Shown here: one piece after another, positions 52,541 to 61,831 of the stretch
Layout of the letters: every line of letters starts with the position of its first letter
How positions within the stretch are numbered: the first letter of the stretch is position 1
Source of the DNA: Ignavibacteriota bacterium
Lineage (GTDB): Bacteria; Bacteroidota; Ignavibacteria; UBA10030
Assembly: GCA_963701295.1 (NCBI GenBank)
Contig: OY969585.1
Location: forward strand, 1,216,001 to 1,280,000
Direction: 5' to 3'
DNA length: 64,000 nt
Notes under the pieces: generated by a model
The model's database searches: none
What the model saw: only the letters and a program-made list of their open reading frames with translations
What the model was told of the DNA's origin: nothing
Translations under genes and position numbers: made by a program

Positions 52541-55012
52541 ATGTCTACAAAAAAGGTCATCAAATTTGGCGGGTCATCTGTCGCCAATCCGGAACGTATT
52601 CGCGATGTCGCTTCTATTGTTCTTGAAGCCGCTGAGAAAGAACGTGTGATAGTTGTTGTCTCCGCTTTTCAAGGAGTGACTAATCAATTATTAGAATGCG
52701 CACAGTTAGCAGAAAGAGGCAATAAAGAATTTCAATCTATTTACAAAAAGCTTGTCGAGCGCCATACCACAACGTTGAAAGCTCTGCATAAGGGACGCCC
52801 GCCAAAGAATGTAACTGCTCATGTACAAGTGCTGCTATCCGAACTTCATGATGCACTGCAAGGAATTTATTTACTGCGTCACAGTTCTCCGCGTGCGCTT
52901 GATTTAACTGCAAGCTTCGGCGAGCGCCTCTCGGCAGTAATCATTGCATCGTTTCTTCAGAGAACTCAACCTTCTTGCTTTGTTGATTCGCGCAAAATGG
53001 TGAAGACAGACGACCAATTTACTCGCGCTATTGTTCAATTTGATAAAACCAATCGAGCGATCAAATCATATTTCAAAAAGCTCTTTAAAGGTTCTAGTGA
53101 ACGGCTCATTCCTGTTGTGACCGGATTTATCGGATCAACGGATGGCGATTTAACAACTACGATTGGCAGAAATGGCTCAGATTATTCGGCGGCAATTTTT
53201 GGCGCAGCGCTTGATACTTCTGTCATTGAAATCTGGACTGATGTGGACGGCATTCTGAGTGCTGACCCGCGTTCTGTTCCTGCGGCGTTTGTTGTGCCGC
53301 ATATGTCATACGAAGAAGCAATGGAACTTTCTTACTTTGGCGCGAAAGTGCTTCATGCATCCACCATTGCACCTGCTGTGGCAAAACATATTCCGATTGT
53401 AATAAAGAATGCATTGAATCGCACAGCGGCAGGTACACGCATTTCGCATCATATAGACCGATGGGAAGGCGTGGCAAAAGGAATTACTTCTGTTGACCAT
53501 TGCACACTGCTCACACTGCGCGGCATGAGTATGGTAGGTGTCCCGGGAATTGCAGAGCGATTGTTTCGAGCGCTCGCTTCTCACAGTGTCAATGTCATTT
53601 TAATTTCACAGGCATCGTCCGAGCATACCATTTGTTTTGCGATCAGTACTTCTGACGTTGCGGCAGCTAAAAAAGCAGTTCATCATGAATTTCACTTTGA
53701 ATTGCAGTCCAAGCTAACATCGTTGGACGAGAAACTGAATCAATCCATTATTGCCATTGTCGGCGATGGAATGAAAGGCACACCCGGTGTGTCGGGAAAA
53801 GTTTTCCAGGCATTGGGGCGGAATAATGTGAATATTTCCGCGATTGCACAAGGCGCATCGGAGCGAAATATCTCTTTTGTGATCGATGAAGTGCAAAAAA
53901 TTCTTGCTTTGAATGTCATTCACGAAGCATTCTTCGAGCCAAGAAAAAAACTTGGCGTGGTACTAATCGGTCCCGGCAATATAGGTGGTACACTTCTCAA
54001 ACAAATTTATCAACAGCAATCGTATCTTCATTCGGAAGGGTATGATGTCCGTGTATGCGGTATATACGATATTGGCAAAGCTGTCTTTTCTTCAAAAGGG
54101 ATCGATCTGAAGCGATGGAAAGAACTTATTGAGAGTTCCCCCAAGAAGATAGGATATTCAGAGTTCCTGCGGCAAATTGCATTGCTCCAGCTCACCAACG
54201 GCGTTGTTGTCGATTGTACAGCAAGTTCGGATATTGTCGATCTCTACGAAGATTTTGTCAAACTGAACATGCACATCGTCACACCGAATAAAAAAGCGAA
54301 CGTTCTTCCTTGGTCACGATATAAACAGCTGACGGAGTTGATGAAGAGTCGGCAAAAAATGTTTTTCTACGAAGCGAATGTTGGCGCAGGGCTGCCGATT
54401 ATCTCGACACTTCAAGATTTAATTGCGAGCGGGGATCAAATTAGTAAAATCGAAGGAATGTTTTCCGGAACATTAAGCCATCTCTTTAATCATTTTGATG
54501 GCTCGATACCGTTTAGCACGCTTGTTGATGATGCACTGAAGCTTGGATATACAGAACCGGATCCACGCGAAGATTTGTCAGGCAATGACGTTGCTCGAAA
54601 GCTTTTAATTCTTGCCAGACAAATCGGTTTGAAAATGGATATGCACAATATTAAAGTAGAAAGTCTTGTTCCTCAGCCATTGCGTAGCGGTGCTTTCTCG
54701 AAAGAATTTTTCAAACGTTATGCAAAATATGACGAAGCAATGAAACGACGGTTAGAAGCGGCCCAAGTACGGGGTTCAGTTCTGCGATATGTTGCCGTTC
54801 TAGAGGGTAGCAAAGCTTCTGCCGGTATTTTAGAAGTCCCCAAAAATCATATGCTTGCATCGACCAAGGGAAGCGATAATATCATTGCATTCACTACTCA
54901 GCGGTACTCAAAAACACCATTAGTAGTGCAAGGTCCCGGTGCGGGTGCTGATGTGACGGCGATGGGAGTCTTTTCTGATCTCCTGAAATTGCTTCACTAT
55001 TTGCCGCATTAA
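52541..55012 (+). CDS. thrA: Bifunctional aspartokinase/homoserine dehydrogenase
   Basis: KFGGSSV, GRNGSDYSA, WTDVDG, two ACT domains, C-terminal HSD domain. Confidence 0.95.
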   Translation: MSTKKVIKFGGSSVANPERIRDVASIVLEAAEKERVIVVVSAFQGVTNQLLECAQLAERGNKEFQSIYKKLVERHTTTLKALHKGRPPKNVTAHVQVLLSELHDALQGIYLLRHSSPRALDLTASFGERLSAVIIASFLQRTQPSCFVDSRKMVKTDDQFTRAIVQFDKTNRAIKSYFKKLFKGSSERLIPVVTGFIGSTDGDLTTTIGRNGSDYSAAIFGAALDTSVIEIWTDVDGILSADPRSVPAAFVVPHMSYEEAMELSYFGAKVLHASTIAPAVAKHIPIVIKNALNRTAAGTRISHHIDRWEGVAKGITSVDHCTLLTLRGMSMVGVPGIAERLFRALASHSVNVILISQASSEHTICFAISTSDVAAAKKAVHHEFHFELQSKLTSLDEKLNQSIIAIVGDGMKGTPGVSGKVFQALGRNNVNISAIAQGASERNISFVIDEVQKILALNVIHEAFFEPRKKLGVVLIGPGNIGGTLLKQIYQQQSYLHSEGYDVRVCGIYDIGKAVFSSKGIDLKRWKELIESSPKKIGYSEFLRQIALLQLTNGVVVDCTASSDIVDLYEDFVKLNMHIVTPNKKANVLPWSRYKQLTELMKSRQKMFFYEANVGAGLPIISTLQDLIASGDQISKIEGMFSGTLSHLFNHFDGSIPFSTLVDDALKLGYTEPDPREDLSGNDVARKLLILARQIGLKMDMHNIKVESLVPQPLRSGAFSKEFFKRYAKYDEAMKRRLEAAQVRGSVLRYVAVLEGSKASAGILEVPKNHMLASTKGSDNIIAFTTQRYSKTPLVVQGPGAGADVTAMGVFSDLLKLLHYLPH

Positions 55013-55039
55013 CAGAATTTGTATAAAGGAGTATTGTAA

Positions 55040-56233
55040 TTGAGCAGGAAGTACGTCATCGTTGTGCCCGATGGAGCAGCTGATAAACCGTTACCGGTGT
55101 TCAGTGGGAAAACAATATTCGAAACTGCAGAAAAACCGAACATCGATTCCATCTCGATGACCGGCAAACAAGGGTTGTGCCGAACGGTGCCTCTCGCTCT
55201 TCAACCGGGCAGCGATGTGGCGATGATGGCAGTGCTAGGTTATGATCCGATAAAATACTATACAGGCAGAGCGCCGATTGAGGCGGTTGCACAAGGTATC
55301 AATGTTACAGAAAACGATTGGGTATTCCGATGCAACCTTGTGAAGACGATCGATGGAAACATGGATGATCACAGTTCCGGACATATTTCGAGTGAAGAAG
55401 GCAAGAAATTCATAGATGAGTTAAATAAAGAATTCAGCAGTGATCGCATCCGGTTTTATCCGGGCGTAAGTTATAGACACCTTATGATTGTCAATGGTTA
55501 TGACTTCTCAGATCTTCAGCTTCAACCGCCGCATGACCATATTGGAAAGAAAATCATCGACTTACTCCCGCGCGGGAAAAATGCGGAAGTTCTTATTGAG
55601 TTGATAAAAATGAGCGAAAAACTTTTTAATGATCACCCGATCAATCTTGCTCGTAGAAACCTCAAAAAGAGCGAAGCAAGTTCTATCTGGCTCTGGGGGC
55701 ATGGAAAAAAAGCAAGGATGGAGCCATTCAAAAAAAAGTATAACCTCAAAGGTGCAGCGATCACCGCAGTCGATCTTGTCAAAGGATTGGCATATCTCAT
55801 TGGGTTCGACTTTATCAAAGTTGAAGGAGCAACAGGATATTTCGATACGAATTATCACGCGAAAGGACTTGCGGCAATCGAAGCGCTTAAGAAATATGAT
55901 ATAGTTCTTGTTCATGTGGAAGCGACGGACGAAGCTGGGCATGCCGGAGATGCAAGCATAAAGAAAAAAGCTTTGGAAGAAATCGATAAGCATATCGTTG
56001 GGCCGGTGCTGGCAGAATTAAAGAAGTACAATAACTGGCGAATCTTAGTCTTGCCGGACCATCCGACGCCTGTATCGACCCGAGGACATACAAATGATCC
56101 GATACCATTTGCTCTAGCAGGTGAGGGAATCAGCCACAATATCCATCTTCCTTTCGGTGAGACGAACGCCGCCAAAACCGGAATACTGTTCAACAACGGT
56201 TACGAGCTGATGGAGTTTTTCCTAAGAAGTTAG
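55040..56233 (+). CDS. Cofactor-independent phosphoglycerate mutase family (ApgM-like; proposed homoserine kinase role)
   Basis: PDGAAD, PGSDVA, YTGRAPIEA, HVEATDEAGH, PDHPTP metalloenzyme motifs; lies between thrA and thrC. Confidence 0.85.
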   Translation: MSRKYVIVVPDGAADKPLPVFSGKTIFETAEKPNIDSISMTGKQGLCRTVPLALQPGSDVAMMAVLGYDPIKYYTGRAPIEAVAQGINVTENDWVFRCNLVKTIDGNMDDHSSGHISSEEGKKFIDELNKEFSSDRIRFYPGVSYRHLMIVNGYDFSDLQLQPPHDHIGKKIIDLLPRGKNAEVLIELIKMSEKLFNDHPINLARRNLKKSEASSIWLWGHGKKARMEPFKKKYNLKGAAITAVDLVKGLAYLIGFDFIKVEGATGYFDTNYHAKGLAAIEALKKYDIVLVHVEATDEAGHAGDASIKKKALEEIDKHIVGPVLAELKKYNNWRILVLPDHPTPVSTRGHTNDPIPFALAGEGISHNIHLPFGETNAAKTGILFNNGYELMEFFLRS

Positions 56234-56272
56234 AAACTTCCGTCGCCCGCACATACAGATCGAAATGAAATC

Positions 56273-56865
56273 ATGAGTTTTAATATCATAGGCTATCTCA
56301 TCTATGCATCTTTGATGTCGATTACTCCGGTCCGAATAACCTGATGCTCTTTTCATACGGAAAAGCATATGGCTTCAATGATTCGAGAAACGTTATGCTC
56401 GGGATTTTTCTCGGGTTCTTTCTCATGCTCTGTCTAGCCGGATATGGCATTGCGAATATCATTATGGGAAGTCCAACGGCGGGATTAGTACTGAAGATTG
56501 TCGGGTCGTTGTGGATGATCTATCTTGCATTGATATTGAGGAAACTCAATGTGGAGATAGAACCGGGCAAAAAAGCGGCTATTGGATTTGGTCAGGCATT
56601 TTCCATGCAATTTATTAATCTGAAAGCATGGATCATGGCAATCAGCGGAGCAAGTGCGTTTTTACCGCAATCCAATAACATTCATCTGAATGTCTTCGTC
56701 TATGCGATAAGTTTCGGATTGGTCGGAATTCCTTGTATGATTATATGGCTGAAGATGGGCGATGTGATTGCTGAGACTAGTAAGTCGGAGAAGGCAAGTC
56801 AAATGTTGGGATATACGATGTTCTCATTAATGATCGTCAGTATTGTAACAATTTGGATAAAATGA
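56273..56865 (+). pseudogene. LysE/RhtB family exporter, frameshifted
   Basis: ATG 56273 frame reads ...LMSITP then stops at 56344; the GPNNLML continuation is in the next frame, implying one missing base at ~56327-56330. Confidence 0.8.
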
Positions 56866-56902
56866 CATCCGTGAATAGCTGGGTGTCGTAGAGGAGAAAA
56901 AC

Positions 56903-58228
56903 ATGCAGCACAGTTGGTTAGAATGTGTCCGCGAATGCGGAAAAAAATATTCTATCTATGATGTGATATACAACTGCGAGAATTGCGGCGGCTTGCTGGA
57001 TGTTGAGCACAATATCAAAGCGCTCAAACGCCGGACTGCAGCATCATGGAAAAAGTTATTCGATGACCGAACGAGGACAAACAAGTGGCCATATGCGAGC
57101 GGTGTGTGGGGAAAAAAAGAATGGGTCTGTCCGGATCTTAATAACGAAAACATTGTCTCGATGTATGAAGGGCATACCAACTGTTTCTGGGCAGAACGGT
57201 TAGGCAAGGATATCGGAGTCCCTGATTTGTGGGTAAAACTCTGTGGCAATAGTCATACCGGGTCATTTAAAGACCTTGGGATGACAGTTCTTGTGTCTGT
57301 TGTTAAACAAATGATGGCAGATGGGAAACCGATTCGTGCAGTGGCGTGTGCTTCCACTGGAGATACATCGGCAGCATTGTCTGCGTACGGTGCTGCGGCT
57401 GGAATTCCAACCATTGTGTTTCTGCCGAAAGGAAAAGTTTCCACGGCACAGCTTGTACAGCCGATTGCCAACGGTGCAACGGTGCTTTCGCTCGATACAG
57501 ATTTTGACGGATGTATGCGTATCGTGCAGGAAATTACCGCTGATAATTCGATTTACCTTGCCAACTCCATGAACTCATTGCGAATGGAAGGGCAGAAGAC
57601 GGTCGGTATTGAAATCGTTCAGCAATTCGATTGGGAAGTTCCGGATTGGATAATTATTCCTGCAGGAAACCTCGGCAATGTCAGCGCGTTGGGCAAAGGT
57701 TTGTTGATGATGCGTGACCTCGGCCTTATCAAGAAACTCCCGCGGATTGTCTGTGCGCAGGCAGCGCATGCAAATCCTTTATATTTGAGTTTCAAAAACG
57801 GTTACAAGGAATACAAACCGGTTGCTGCACAAAAGACACTTGCATCGGCAATTCAAATTGGTGCTCCTGTGAGTTACGAACGTGCAGTGAAAGTGTTAAG
57901 AGAATTCGACGGCATTGTTGAGCAGGCAACAGAGAATGAATTAGCAAATGCTGCAGCTCGAGCAGACAAAGCCGGATTATTTTCCTGCCCACAAACAGGT
58001 GTTGCTCTCGCTGCGCTTCAGAAGATGATTGAACGGAAGGTCATTAAAAAGAAAGACCGTGTGGTTGTAATTTCCACAGCGCATGGATTAAAATTTTCGC
58101 AGTTTAAAGTGGATTACCACAAGAAAACACTTCAGGAAGTTGATTCGCACTATGCTAATCCGCCTATTCTTTTACCGGCAGATGTGAATGCCGTGCGCAA
58201 TGCGATAGATGAGGTAATTGGGAGGTAA
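56903..58228 (+). CDS. thrC: Threonine synthase
   Basis: [14 protein letters not shown]-Lys motif, [29 protein letters not shown]. Confidence 0.95.
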   Translation: MQHSWLECVRECGKKYSIYDVIYNCENCGGLLDVEHNIKALKRRTAASWKKLFDDRTRTNKWPYASGVWGKKEWVCPDLNNENIVSMYEGHTNCFWAERLGKDIGVPDLWVKLCGNSHTGSFKDLGMTVLVSVVKQMMADGKPIRAVACASTGDTSAALSAYGAAAGIPTIVFLPKGKVSTAQLVQPIANGATVLSLDTDFDGCMRIVQEITADNSIYLANSMNSLRMEGQKTVGIEIVQQFDWEVPDWIIIPAGNLGNVSALGKGLLMMRDLGLIKKLPRIVCAQAAHANPLYLSFKNGYKEYKPVAAQKTLASAIQIGAPVSYERAVKVLREFDGIVEQATENELANAAARADKAGLFSCPQTGVALAALQKMIERKVIKKKDRVVVISTAHGLKFSQFKVDYHKKTLQEVDSHYANPPILLPADVNAVRNAIDEVIGR

Positions 58229-58514
58229 TTTCTAGACGCGATCGTTGGTCGCGGTAGAAATTCGAAACGTCAGCGATGTCGGCTACAACAGTCTCTACAG
58301 AGCGTGTAAAAAGCTCTGAAACACTCCAGAAACGATATTCTTCATGTGGGCCAACATAAAAAAAATACATCTCGCTATTGATGCAGAAAGAATCTATACT
58401 CAATACATATCAAATACAGTTCAATATGCTCGAAACCTGTTCACGGCGATCCCGATAAAAAGCGCAATGATGCGCGGCATGATTCTCCCGCCCAACAACA
58501 GACACTCGTGAAAG

Positions 58515-58808
58515 ATGAAGTTTATGAAATATACCATGCGTGATACCGGATTATTTAATGCACATAACAGGAGAATCGCCTTTACAAGAGGCGACGAAAT
58601 TTACGATGGAGACAATCGGAGAGTTGCTACCATGCATGGGAAGTATCTCTTTGATTCAGAAAATAGGAAGATGATGACGGTTCGCGGTGGTTTTATTTTT
58701 GATGCCGACGGTAAGCAGGTTGCTTCGCTTATAGATGCGCAGAAATTGATTGAAGGTGTAGCAAAGGGAATGCAGGCCGGAGCACTTTGGTATTGTTTTA
58801 TCCGGTAG
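58515..58808 (+). CDS. Small hypothetical protein with short beta-hairpin repeats
   Basis: Four repeats of LF/IY-D/N-x-x-N/G-R/K (LFNAHNRRIA, IYDGDNRRVA, LFDSENRKMM, IFDADGKQVA). Confidence 0.6.
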   Translation: MKFMKYTMRDTGLFNAHNRRIAFTRGDEIYDGDNRRVATMHGKYLFDSENRKMMTVRGGFIFDADGKQVASLIDAQKLIEGVAKGMQAGALWYCFIR

Positions 58809-58851
58809 CTTAAGAAGGAAATATCATTCCCAAGTATTTCCATCGGAAATC

Positions 58852-58989
58852 TTAAAATGGACGGAGTAAAATTCCCGGTAATCTAGCCAAACAACTCAGG
58901 ATGCACAAATCATAAAACGTGATGGTTATTCCGATAAACGTGAGCATGAGCATACGGTACGGTGCGAAAGTTGTTTTTTTCATTTTCAT
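58852..58989 (-). CDS. Small hydrophobic ORF (45 aa) or gene remnant
   Basis: AAGGAG SD, then MKMKKTTFAPYRMLMLTFIGITITFYDLCILSCLARLPGILLRPF*. Confidence 0.4.
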   Translation of the reverse strand: MKMKKTTFAPYRMLMLTFIGITITFYDLCILSCLARLPGILLRPF

Positions 58990-59054
58990 ATTATCTCCTT
59001 TTTTGAAATAATTTTTTTTCTATGATAATCGATTATATAAAAGTATCCATCCTT

Positions 59055-59660
59055 TTACTCTGCTTTTTGAGCCTTTAGATTTATTTTTCCTTTACTTGCA
59101 AGTCTTGTCAAAAAATATGTAACACTATTCTGTGATAATTTGAAATGTTCGGCAATCTTTTCAGTTTCACTGATTTTGAATTCCCGGATATAATTCATAA
59201 TCTCTTCTTCAATTTGAGCCGACCATTCTTCGAATAGTTGACGAACTTCCGGTGTTGCAAATGTCGCTAATTCGCTCGTCTTGCTCATGGATGACATCAT
59301 TTTTTTGCACATATCCCAGGGCATTTCGTTCTGACCCTCTGTGGATGTTTGATCTCCCATCATATTCATTGGACTTTTACCACCCATCATCATGCTCATC
59401 ATGTTCATCATCGGTGAACCCGAGCCACCTCCCATCATTGAACCCATCATTTTAGGCATCATGGTTTGCATCATCGATTGTTTCTCTTCAGCAGACATTG
59501 TGCCCATGAATTTCTCCATCATGTCCCCCATCATCTTTTGCTTATCTTCTGGCTTCATATCTGCGAAGAACTTGTTCATCATCTGATCCATCATTGCACT
59601 TTTTTCTTCTGATGTCATTTTTCCCATCATGAAGTCCGCCATCATATTTTTAATATTCAT
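59055..59660 (-). CDS. Methionine-rich repeat protein with putative C-terminal winged helix
   Basis: About 41 Met in 201 aa; three ~20-aa repeats; GAGGA SD; 16 nt downstream of an ArsR gene. Confidence 0.85.
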   Translation of the reverse strand: MNIKNMMADFMMGKMTSEEKSAMMDQMMNKFFADMKPEDKQKMMGDMMEKFMGTMSAEEKQSMMQTMMPKMMGSMMGGGSGSPMMNMMSMMMGGKSPMNMMGDQTSTEGQNEMPWDMCKKMMSSMSKTSELATFATPEVRQLFEEWSAQIEEEIMNYIREFKISETEKIAEHFKLSQNSVTYFLTRLASKGKINLKAQKAE

Positions 59661-59676
59661 TTCGATTCCTCCTATG

Positions 59677-60027
59677 TTATTTTTTGTTAAAGAATTTCAT
59701 CCATTGTTCACCGCACGAAAACATATTTTCTTTTGACCGTGTTTTACTACTGATGTTGATATGAAGTTCCGAGATTATGCCTAGTGCATCAAGCAACCTT
59801 ACATCTGATAATTCATAGTAGATGAAGGGGCCTTCCCTTTTCGTTTTTAAGATATTTTGTTCTCTGAGCACACGAAGGTGGTGTGATACCAGCGGCTGTG
59901 ATAATCCGGACTTTTCGACAACTTCAGAAACGGATCGGCTTTGGTCACCGATAATACGGATAATTCTCAGCCTATTTGCGTCTCCAAGCGTTTGAAAAAG
60001 ATTCTGTAATTTTATTCCATCATCCAT
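59677..60027 (-). CDS. ArsR/SmtB family transcriptional repressor
   Basis: FQTLGDANRLRII, LSQPLVSHHLRVL, REGPFIYYEL. Confidence 0.92.
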   Translation of the reverse strand: MDDGIKLQNLFQTLGDANRLRIIRIIGDQSRSVSEVVEKSGLSQPLVSHHLRVLREQNILKTKREGPFIYYELSDVRLLDALGIISELHINISSKTRSKENMFSCGEQWMKFFNKK

Positions 60028-60041
60028 ATCAATATCTGCTT

Positions 60042-60088
60042 ATATAAATGGTTGTTTATATGATAATAAATAAACATTGACTTGTCAA
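60042..60088 (-). promoter_or_regulatory. Promoter and palindromic operator of the leftward ArsR unit
   Basis: Minus-strand TTGACA (60088-60083), 17 bp spacer, TATCAT (60065-60060); inverted repeat ATATAAA-N6-TTTATAT at 60042-60061. Confidence 0.7.
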
Positions 60089-60141
60089 GGGAATAATTCT
60101 GCTCGGTTTTGCAGTGATATCAGCAGCTACTTACAGAAGAC

Positions 60142-60191
60142 TTGACATTAAATTCTCATTTTGCTATCATGTTGATATGATTAAACATATA
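60142..60191 (+). promoter_or_regulatory. Promoter and operator of the rightward ArsR unit
   Basis: TTGACA (60142-60147), 17 bp spacer with extended TG, TATCAT (60165-60170); imperfect palindrome ATGTT..AACAT over the start codon. Confidence 0.7.
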
Positions 60192-60494
60192 AAATCATTG
60201 ACCGATTATTGCCAACACCCTGAAGAGTGTTCAGATTTATTTCAGATCCTATCGGATAAAACGCGGCAAGATATTATTATGCTCTTTTCGGCAAAAAAAG
60301 AGATCGGTGTAACAGAAATTGCCAATAATTTTAAACTTAGCCGGCCTACAATTTCGCATCATTTAAATCTAATGCGAAGAACAAGAATTTTGAATTCACG
60401 GAAAGAAGGAAAGGAGATATACTATTCATTTAATAAAGATTCTGTCATAAATATGTTGGAGTCTATTCTTAAAAGCCTTCGAAATTGTTGCTGA
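60177..60494 (+). CDS. ArsR/SmtB family repressor with C-terminal Cys-Cys
   Basis: FQILSDKTRQDII, LSRPTISHHL, RKEGKEIYYS; ends in NCC. Confidence 0.9.
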   Translation: MIKHIKSLTDYCQHPEECSDLFQILSDKTRQDIIMLFSAKKEIGVTEIANNFKLSRPTISHHLNLMRRTRILNSRKEGKEIYYSFNKDSVINMLESILKSLRNCC

Positions 60495-60549
60495 TATTTT
60501 TTTACTGTATATGTCGATGTGTGTAAACCTATAATAAGGAGAATATAAA

Positions 60550-61239
60550 ATGGGTAAAGATGAGAATAAATGTATGATCGAGGTTCCGGTCAATGACACA
60601 AAGGTTATTCAGAATGCGTTCGATATGTGGAGCCGGCTTTATGGGTTTACCGCTGCTCCGGCAGAGAGAAAACCGCGGTTGCGAGGATTGGAACTGGCGG
60701 CCATCCAGCCGAAAGAAAAAGTGCTCGAGGTAGCGGTAGGAACGGGAGCAGCTTTTCTGGAGATATTGAAGCGAGTGGATAAAACTAATGTTGTCACCGG
60801 TGTGGATTTATCACACAGGATGCTGAAAAAGGCCAGACACGCAGCGGCAAAAGCAGGCTTTACAAACATCGATTTGCATCAAAGTGATGCCCGTTCACTT
60901 CCTTTTGAGGATAATTCCTTTGATGTTGTTTTCAATAATTTCATGCTGGACCTGATCCCATTGGATGATATGCCTATCATCTTAAAAGAGTTCTGGCGAG
61001 TGCTTAAAAATGGCGGGCGCCTGGTTTTAGTAAATATGAGTAAGGATAAGGATGGAATGACATTTTATGAGAAAGTCTACCAGGCAACTCCGATTCGTTT
61101 GGTTCCGTACCTTTATGGCGGATGCCGTCCAGTTTTGATGGCTGAGCATACAAGGCAAGCCGGTTTTCAGGATGTGCAACGTGAGTACGTTAAAAACATT
61201 TTTCCTGCTGAGGTTGTCGTAGGGAGAAAAAAAATATGA
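60550..61239 (+). CDS. Class I SAM methyltransferase (UbiE-like)
   Basis: VLEVAVGTG, GVDLS..ML, DARSLPFEDNSFD, RVLKNGG, GGCRPV; AAGGAG SD. Confidence 0.85.
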   Translation: MGKDENKCMIEVPVNDTKVIQNAFDMWSRLYGFTAAPAERKPRLRGLELAAIQPKEKVLEVAVGTGAAFLEILKRVDKTNVVTGVDLSHRMLKKARHAAAKAGFTNIDLHQSDARSLPFEDNSFDVVFNNFMLDLIPLDDMPIILKEFWRVLKNGGRLVLVNMSKDKDGMTFYEKVYQATPIRLVPYLYGGCRPVLMAEHTRQAGFQDVQREYVKNIFPAEVVVGRKKI

Positions 61240-61814
61240 AAGTCTTTCTTCCAGCACAACCGATTCTACTTCCTTCTCCGGTACTTATCATCGGAACATA
61301 TGGCTTGAATAACAGACCTAATATCATGAATGCCGCCTGGGGAGGAATCGCATCAAGCAAACCGCCATGTATCAGTGTATCTCTCAGGGAGGCAACGCTT
61401 AGTTATCACAACATCAAACAGACCGAAGCATTCACAGTGAATATTCCTTCTGAAAAATTTCTCAAGGAGGCTGACTTTGTCGGCATGGTGTCTGGAAGAA
61501 ATTGCGACAAATTCAAGGAAACCCACCTCACACCTGAAAAGAGCAAGCTGGTAAATGCCCCAATCGTAAAAGAATTTCCCTACGCTCTTGAATGCAATCT
61601 GGTCAAGCAAGTTGATCTTGGCTTGCATACAATGTTCATCGGAGAAATTGTCGGAATGGTTGCCGATAGCGAGGTTCTAGATCCAAATAATTTTCCAGAC
61701 ATTGAGAAGGTGCGACCAATGCTATGGGGTTCATTCGGCAGTATGGCATATTATAATATCGGCGATAAACTTGGTGATGCATTCTCCGTTGGGAAAGAAT
61801 TGCAACGCAGTTAA
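61236..61814 (+). CDS. Flavin reductase family protein (flavoredoxin-like)
   Basis: PNIMNAAWGG, FTVNIPS, SGRNCDKF, APIVKEFPYALEC, HTMFIGEI, IEKVRP. Confidence 0.88.
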   Translation: MKVFLPAQPILLPSPVLIIGTYGLNNRPNIMNAAWGGIASSKPPCISVSLREATLSYHNIKQTEAFTVNIPSEKFLKEADFVGMVSGRNCDKFKETHLTPEKSKLVNAPIVKEFPYALECNLVKQVDLGLHTMFIGEIVGMVADSEVLDPNNFPDIEKVRPMLWGSFGSMAYYNIGDKLGDAFSVGKELQRS

Positions 61815-61831
61815 GTTTAGAGTAGGTTTGC

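Noticed and set aside
58440-58495. Possible riboswitch before the small beta-repeat gene
   Set aside because: Only a short GCGCA/TGCGC stem is present and no aptamer consensus was recognised
60550-61239. Arsenite methyltransferase ArsM
   Set aside because: It lacks the conserved ArsM cysteines (FNNFML where ArsM has SNCV) and has only two Cys
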